A stretch of 19,246 nt of DNA from NCBI GenBank assembly GCA_938091905.1, contig CALKOM010000179.1, positions 1-19,246 on the forward strand, in the 5' to 3' direction. Source of the stretch: an uncultured Verrucomicrobiales bacterium (GTDB lineage Bacteria; Verrucomicrobiota; Verrucomicrobiia; Verrucomicrobiales; DEV007). Shown here one piece after another: positions 15,556 through 19,246 of this stretch; the stretch's first letter is position 1, and each line of letters starts with the position of its first letter. Under the pieces are notes generated by a model, which worked only from the letters and a program-made list of their open reading frames with translations, did not search any database and was not told the DNA's origin. The position numbers and the translations under genes are program-made.

Positions 15556-17805
15556 CTAATGGGCTTTCGCGTCGACGACATGGACGCGGTCGATCTCAGG
15601 ATCGTTGAATATGGAGACGTCGCCTCCCGGCCAGCGAACGTTGACTTGATCGACCTTCGTCTGAGATCCCAACCCGAAGTGAGCTGTGTAGGCGTCTTGG
15701 CTCAAGAATGAATCGCCTGCCACGATCGCGTGGATCTGAGCATCCTTGGTGGTTTTGAGAGTGATAAGGGCACCGATCACCGAACGCCCTGGAGAGGGGC
15801 GAAGCAAGATCTCGATCCAATGGCTGGCATCTGCGGCTAGCGGCAGTCGATTCAAGTAGAGATGAACTTTGGATTGGAAGCCGCGACCGACGAAAGGGTA
15901 CTCGCTGACGAGAAGATCTTCACGTCCATCTCGGTCGAAGTCTTCGGTGAGCACGACACGGGCATCGTATTCGAAGCTGGCTCCGAAGAGGAACGCGACG
16001 TTCTCAAAGCCTTCGCCTGCGAGGTTCAACTTGAGATGATTGTGCTCGAACCCATTCCAGGAAGAAAGCCCTTGGTTGAGTTCCAACATCGCTTGTGAAA
16101 AAACAGGGATGAGGTTGGGATTCTCCTTCGATTCTCCGGTGTAGAGGTCGTGGCACCAGTAGTTGGTGCAATAGTCTTTGGACGACTGGCCGCTGCGGAA
16201 GCCATTGGCAATGTAGAGATCCCGGTCACCATCGTTCTCGAAATCGAAGGCGCTCACGCCCCACGACCAGCCGGTGCGGGCAATTTGCGCATTCTGAGGG
16301 CTCTCGACAAATCCTTCTCCCTGACGAAGATACATTCGATTGCCATAGCCCATGGCAGCACGGTTCGTTTGATAGTCCGGGCGATTCTTGATCCCGGCAT
16401 CAAAGCTGTCGAGACGGCGTGCCGTGCTGCTACTCATTCCGATCGCTAAGAGGTCCAGCTCTCCGTCCAGATTGTAATCTGCTAAACTGTGTGCCATGCC
16501 AAACAGCCGGTTGGGCGTAAAACTTTCCGAGATGTCTGTGAACGTTCCGTTGCCTTGGTTCCGATAGACATCCAGCCCGGCGTAGTCACTGACCACGAGG
16601 AGGTCGAGATGATCATCTCTGTCGAGATCGACGAACGAGGTGCTGTAAGTGCGTCTGAATCTCTTTGCGGCTAGGCCGCTGGCTTCGGTGATGTCGACAA
16701 AGTGCCCATCGTCGTTACGAAGTAGAAAGGAAGGGTGGCCATCATTGGCGTTATAGAAGGGGGTGGGCATTTGGCCGCCGACATACGACGGTTTGTACTG
16801 GGTAATCCAGAGATCGAGGTCGCCGTCACGGTCAATGTCTCCCGCCGTCATGGCGAGTGGCGCAAGGAGTCGCGGATGACGAAAGATTGGGATGCCGGGA
16901 GTTGGAAAAGTTCCTCCCGAAGCTCCTTTGTAGAGTGTCAGTCCACTGTTCTTGGTCACGGTGACGTAATCAACGATGCCATCGGCAGTGATGTCCGCGA
17001 TGAGACCGCATTCTTCTTGAGGTTGCCAATACGTCAGGAACGGAGCGTCTGCTAGGGTGGGCTTCTTGGTCGCGAGCTGATTGTCATAGCGACGATTCCA
17101 ACGCGGGATGATGATTTCCGTATCGCCATCATGATCGAGATCATGAAGCAGTACGGGATGGGCACTTTGGAACTCGTTCTTTCGAGGCGTAAACGTGGCG
17201 GCTTTGACAAAGCCCTGACGTTTCTGTCCTGAGAGCACTTTCAGTGACTGCACGCGGATCTGTTTCGCGCGGACTATATCTTTGTCAGGCTCGCCATTCC
17301 AAATGACGAGAGCTTCTCCAGTCACCGCGAGACGCTTGGCGGGAGTTTCTAGGTGGAGCAGAAAGGAGATCGTTGATGAAAGTGTCTCCGGTTGAAACGA
17401 GGTGTGGTGAAACTCGGACTCAACCAGCTTGAGACCTTCACTCTGATGCTTGTCGAGAATGGACGCGAAGCCAGTGCGATCAACGGTCACAAACGCTGCC
17501 TCCGAGTAGCGAGTTCGTGCAATGCCTAAGCCAATGTCATCATCCTGCGTTGCCTTTGAGGGATAGGCCCATTGATCACAAGCGATCCGTTTGAAGACAT
17601 TCGAGGGTGAATCGGAGGATCGAAGGTCGTCCCACAGTCGAGTGATGGCGCGTTCGTAGGACTGCGCGAGTTTCTCAGACTTCCAGACACTCCGATCTAG
17701 CTGAGCGCGTTCTTGCAGGATGCGTTGCGCGTCGGGCGGGAGTTCCTGGGCCGAGGCTTGGCCAAGAACAAAGGCTAGTGCTTGTGCAAGAAAAAAAATC
17801 CTCAC
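15556..17805 (-). CDS. CRTAC1 family protein (FG-GAP/VCBS repeats plus C-terminal ASPIC/UnbV domain), secreted
   Basis: Repeats DLDHDGDTEI, DIDRDGDLDL, DLDRDDHLDL, DYNLDGELDL, GWSWG..FDFENDGDRDLYIANG, DFDRDGREDL. C-terminus SVIGALITL...GDSFLSQD..AHFGLG...VRWPGG. Signal peptide. GTG start abuts the upstream TAA. Confidence 0.92.
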   Translation of the reverse strand: MRIFFLAQALAFVLGQASAQELPPDAQRILQERAQLDRSVWKSEKLAQSYERAITRLWDDLRSSDSPSNVFKRIACDQWAYPSKATQDDDIGLGIARTRYSEAAFVTVDRTGFASILDKHQSEGLKLVESEFHHTSFQPETLSSTISFLLHLETPAKRLAVTGEALVIWNGEPDKDIVRAKQIRVQSLKVLSGQKRQGFVKAATFTPRKNEFQSAHPVLLHDLDHDGDTEIIIPRWNRRYDNQLATKKPTLADAPFLTYWQPQEECGLIADITADGIVDYVTVTKNSGLTLYKGASGGTFPTPGIPIFRHPRLLAPLAMTAGDIDRDGDLDLWITQYKPSYVGGQMPTPFYNANDGHPSFLLRNDDGHFVDITEASGLAAKRFRRTYSTSFVDLDRDDHLDLLVVSDYAGLDVYRNQGNGTFTDISESFTPNRLFGMAHSLADYNLDGELDLLAIGMSSSTARRLDSFDAGIKNRPDYQTNRAAMGYGNRMYLRQGEGFVESPQNAQIARTGWSWGVSAFDFENDGDRDLYIANGFRSGQSSKDYCTNYWCHDLYTGESKENPNLIPVFSQAMLELNQGLSSWNGFEHNHLKLNLAGEGFENVAFLFGASFEYDARVVLTEDFDRDGREDLLVSEYPFVGRGFQSKVHLYLNRLPLAADASHWIEILLRPSPGRSVIGALITLKTTKDAQIHAIVAGDSFLSQDAYTAHFGLGSQTKVDQVNVRWPGGDVSIFNDPEIDRVHVVDAKAH

Positions 17806-19245
17806 TTAATCCACCGTAACCTCATCGATGAACCAGCCAGCACCGTTGTCATCTGGGTTCTCATCTGGGGCGGTGAGGAATTCCCATTCGATGATGACTT
17901 GGCCAGCGCCAATGACTTCTACCGGAAGGCGCACGCGAGCTTGTTCCCAATCTTCCGTTGGCTCGGCAAAGGTGTACTTCTCCTGGCCTCGTTCGAGGAT
18001 CAGCGAGAGATCGTCGGCCCTTAGGAAATTGAGGCGTCCACCTGCCGTTTGTGGATTGGGTAGGTCGAGTGAATGCCAGAATGTTAAGGTGGCTCTTCCG
18101 AGGCCAGCCAAGTCGATGACAGGCGAGCGCAAGGTGATGCCGACCCCTGCATCGCTCAAGATGCCGTCGACAAAGTTGGCATCGAGATCTGTGCCCGCCA
18201 CATTGGCCCCCACCAATGGCCCGGGTGGATCTGCGGGTGCCCCGATTTCCCATGACGTGGTCGTCTCAATGCCTTCTGCAGCCACGCTCCAATCTCCAAG
18301 GCCTTCCTCGAAGCCATATTGAAATAATGGTGGTGGAGGTACCCGTACAACGCGGTAGTGTGCTAGAGTGCTTTCGAGGTCTGTGTCTGCAAGGACTGTG
18401 GTGGCCAGAGCGTCGTCTTCGGCGGCAGGGATCTCGGCCATGAGAGTGGTCCAAGAATCGCTCGTGAGATCGATGGACTTCTCAATCTCGAAGAACTGCC
18501 CTGGATCGGACTCCCACGTGAGACTGACCTCGCCGGAGGCGTCGCGTGTGATGTCGGTGATAAAGAATGCTCCTGCATCTCCACCGAAGGCGCGCAGCAC
18601 TTCCCAGTAGGGTTCGAGTGGGTTTGTTTCGGGCTCGCGTCTAGCGGTGAAGGCGAAGTCAGGTACTTCATCGAGCCCACGGTAGATGTAGAGGCTCACA
18701 CCGCTATCGCCAGTGGAGTCCCAATGGAGAAACTCCAGATCATGGATGCCAGCCGCGAGTTCGATTTCTATGATACTCGCGTCTCGTCCATCACTGGTGC
18801 CCTCTCCCTCAATGTCACCATCAATGGATAAGATAAAACCGCCTGCGTTGCTAACCACGAAGGTGATGAGGCCGCCGTGAGCGAGTTCGAACTCGCCCTC
18901 AGAACGGATCGCGAAGTTGTCGCGTGGCCCGAAGCCGTCGGTGTCATTGTCCCAGAGGGGATAGGGACGAGATGATGAAAGATGGATCGGCGGTTCAGCG
19001 GTGTCGTGAAAGTGAACGTTAGGCGTGTCGGCCTCAATTGATCTAAAGCCCGGCTGATCAGGATCCTCTAAGACCTCCTCTGCGTCGAAGCTATCGAAGA
19101 TCTCTAAATTGCTGTCTGTCCAGACATGAACCGTCTTGAAAGTGCCATTCCCGACGATATTCGATGGCAAAGGTCCCGCCTCAGTTGGATTGGTTCCGGC
19201 GGAAATCTCCAACCCATCCACGCCGCCATCACCGTCGGAGTCTCC
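17806..19245 (-). CDS. Large acidic extracellular protein, C-terminal part (DxDxDG repeat, PA14-like domain, Verrucomicrobia-type beta domain, MAM/cleaved-adhesin-like domain); 5' end outside the window
   Basis: Frame is open to the window edge (GDSDGDGGVDGLEISAGTNP). PA14-like DNFAIRSEG...ITFVVSNAGGFILSIDG...IELAAGIHDLEFLHWDSTG. Then LTWES..GQFFEIEKSIDL...W...YRV. Terminal FEEGLGDW...LRSPVIDL...LTFWH...GWFIDEVTV. Confidence 0.8.
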   Translation of the reverse strand, partial: GDSDGDGGVDGLEISAGTNPTEAGPLPSNIVGNGTFKTVHVWTDSNLEIFDSFDAEEVLEDPDQPGFRSIEADTPNVHFHDTAEPPIHLSSSRPYPLWDNDTDGFGPRDNFAIRSEGEFELAHGGLITFVVSNAGGFILSIDGDIEGEGTSDGRDASIIEIELAAGIHDLEFLHWDSTGDSGVSLYIYRGLDEVPDFAFTARREPETNPLEPYWEVLRAFGGDAGAFFITDITRDASGEVSLTWESDPGQFFEIEKSIDLTSDSWTTLMAEIPAAEDDALATTVLADTDLESTLAHYRVVRVPPPPLFQYGFEEGLGDWSVAAEGIETTTSWEIGAPADPPGPLVGANVAGTDLDANFVDGILSDAGVGITLRSPVIDLAGLGRATLTFWHSLDLPNPQTAGGRLNFLRADDLSLILERGQEKYTFAEPTEDWEQARVRLPVEVIGAGQVIIEWEFLTAPDENPDDNGAGWFIDEVTVD

Positions 19246-19246
19246 G

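Noticed and set aside
17791..17798. A8 run (T8 on the coding strand) at the start of the CRTAC1 gene as a phase-variation tract
   Set aside because: Only 8 nt, currently in frame, and explained by Ile-Phe-Phe codons in a signal peptide.

Overview
Bacterial chromosomal DNA of about 55% GC (estimated by eye), most likely from the PVC superphylum (Verrucomicrobia-like), judged from the DUF1592/DUF1552 pair, DUF1080, DUF6288-like and ASPIC/UnbV proteins and Verrucomicrobia-type C-terminal surface domains. Intact genes are DUF1552 (truncated by the left edge), a DUF1592-type cytochrome c protein, an SMP-30/gluconolactonase, a DUF1080 protein, an M6-like metalloprotease, a tandem-CDGSH Fe-S protein, a DUF6288-like/HEAT protein, a CRTAC1/ASPIC-UnbV protein, and the 3' part of a large PA14-containing surface protein. 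The main feature the ORF track hides is six decaying genes that I reconstructed by hand. Five lie in 6569-10356 (LysR regulator, pirin, DoxX-like membrane protein, ankyrin protein, trpF-like isomerase) and one is a roughly 830-aa secreted protein with a mirror A-B-B-A domain layout (12920-15416). Lesions are nonsense codons, small deletions and two exact tandem duplications (20 bp and 14 bp). The CDGSH gene alone survives inside the decayed LysR/pirin/DoxX module. I saw no RNA genes, CRISPR arrays or mobile elements. All family calls come from motif recognition, not database searches.
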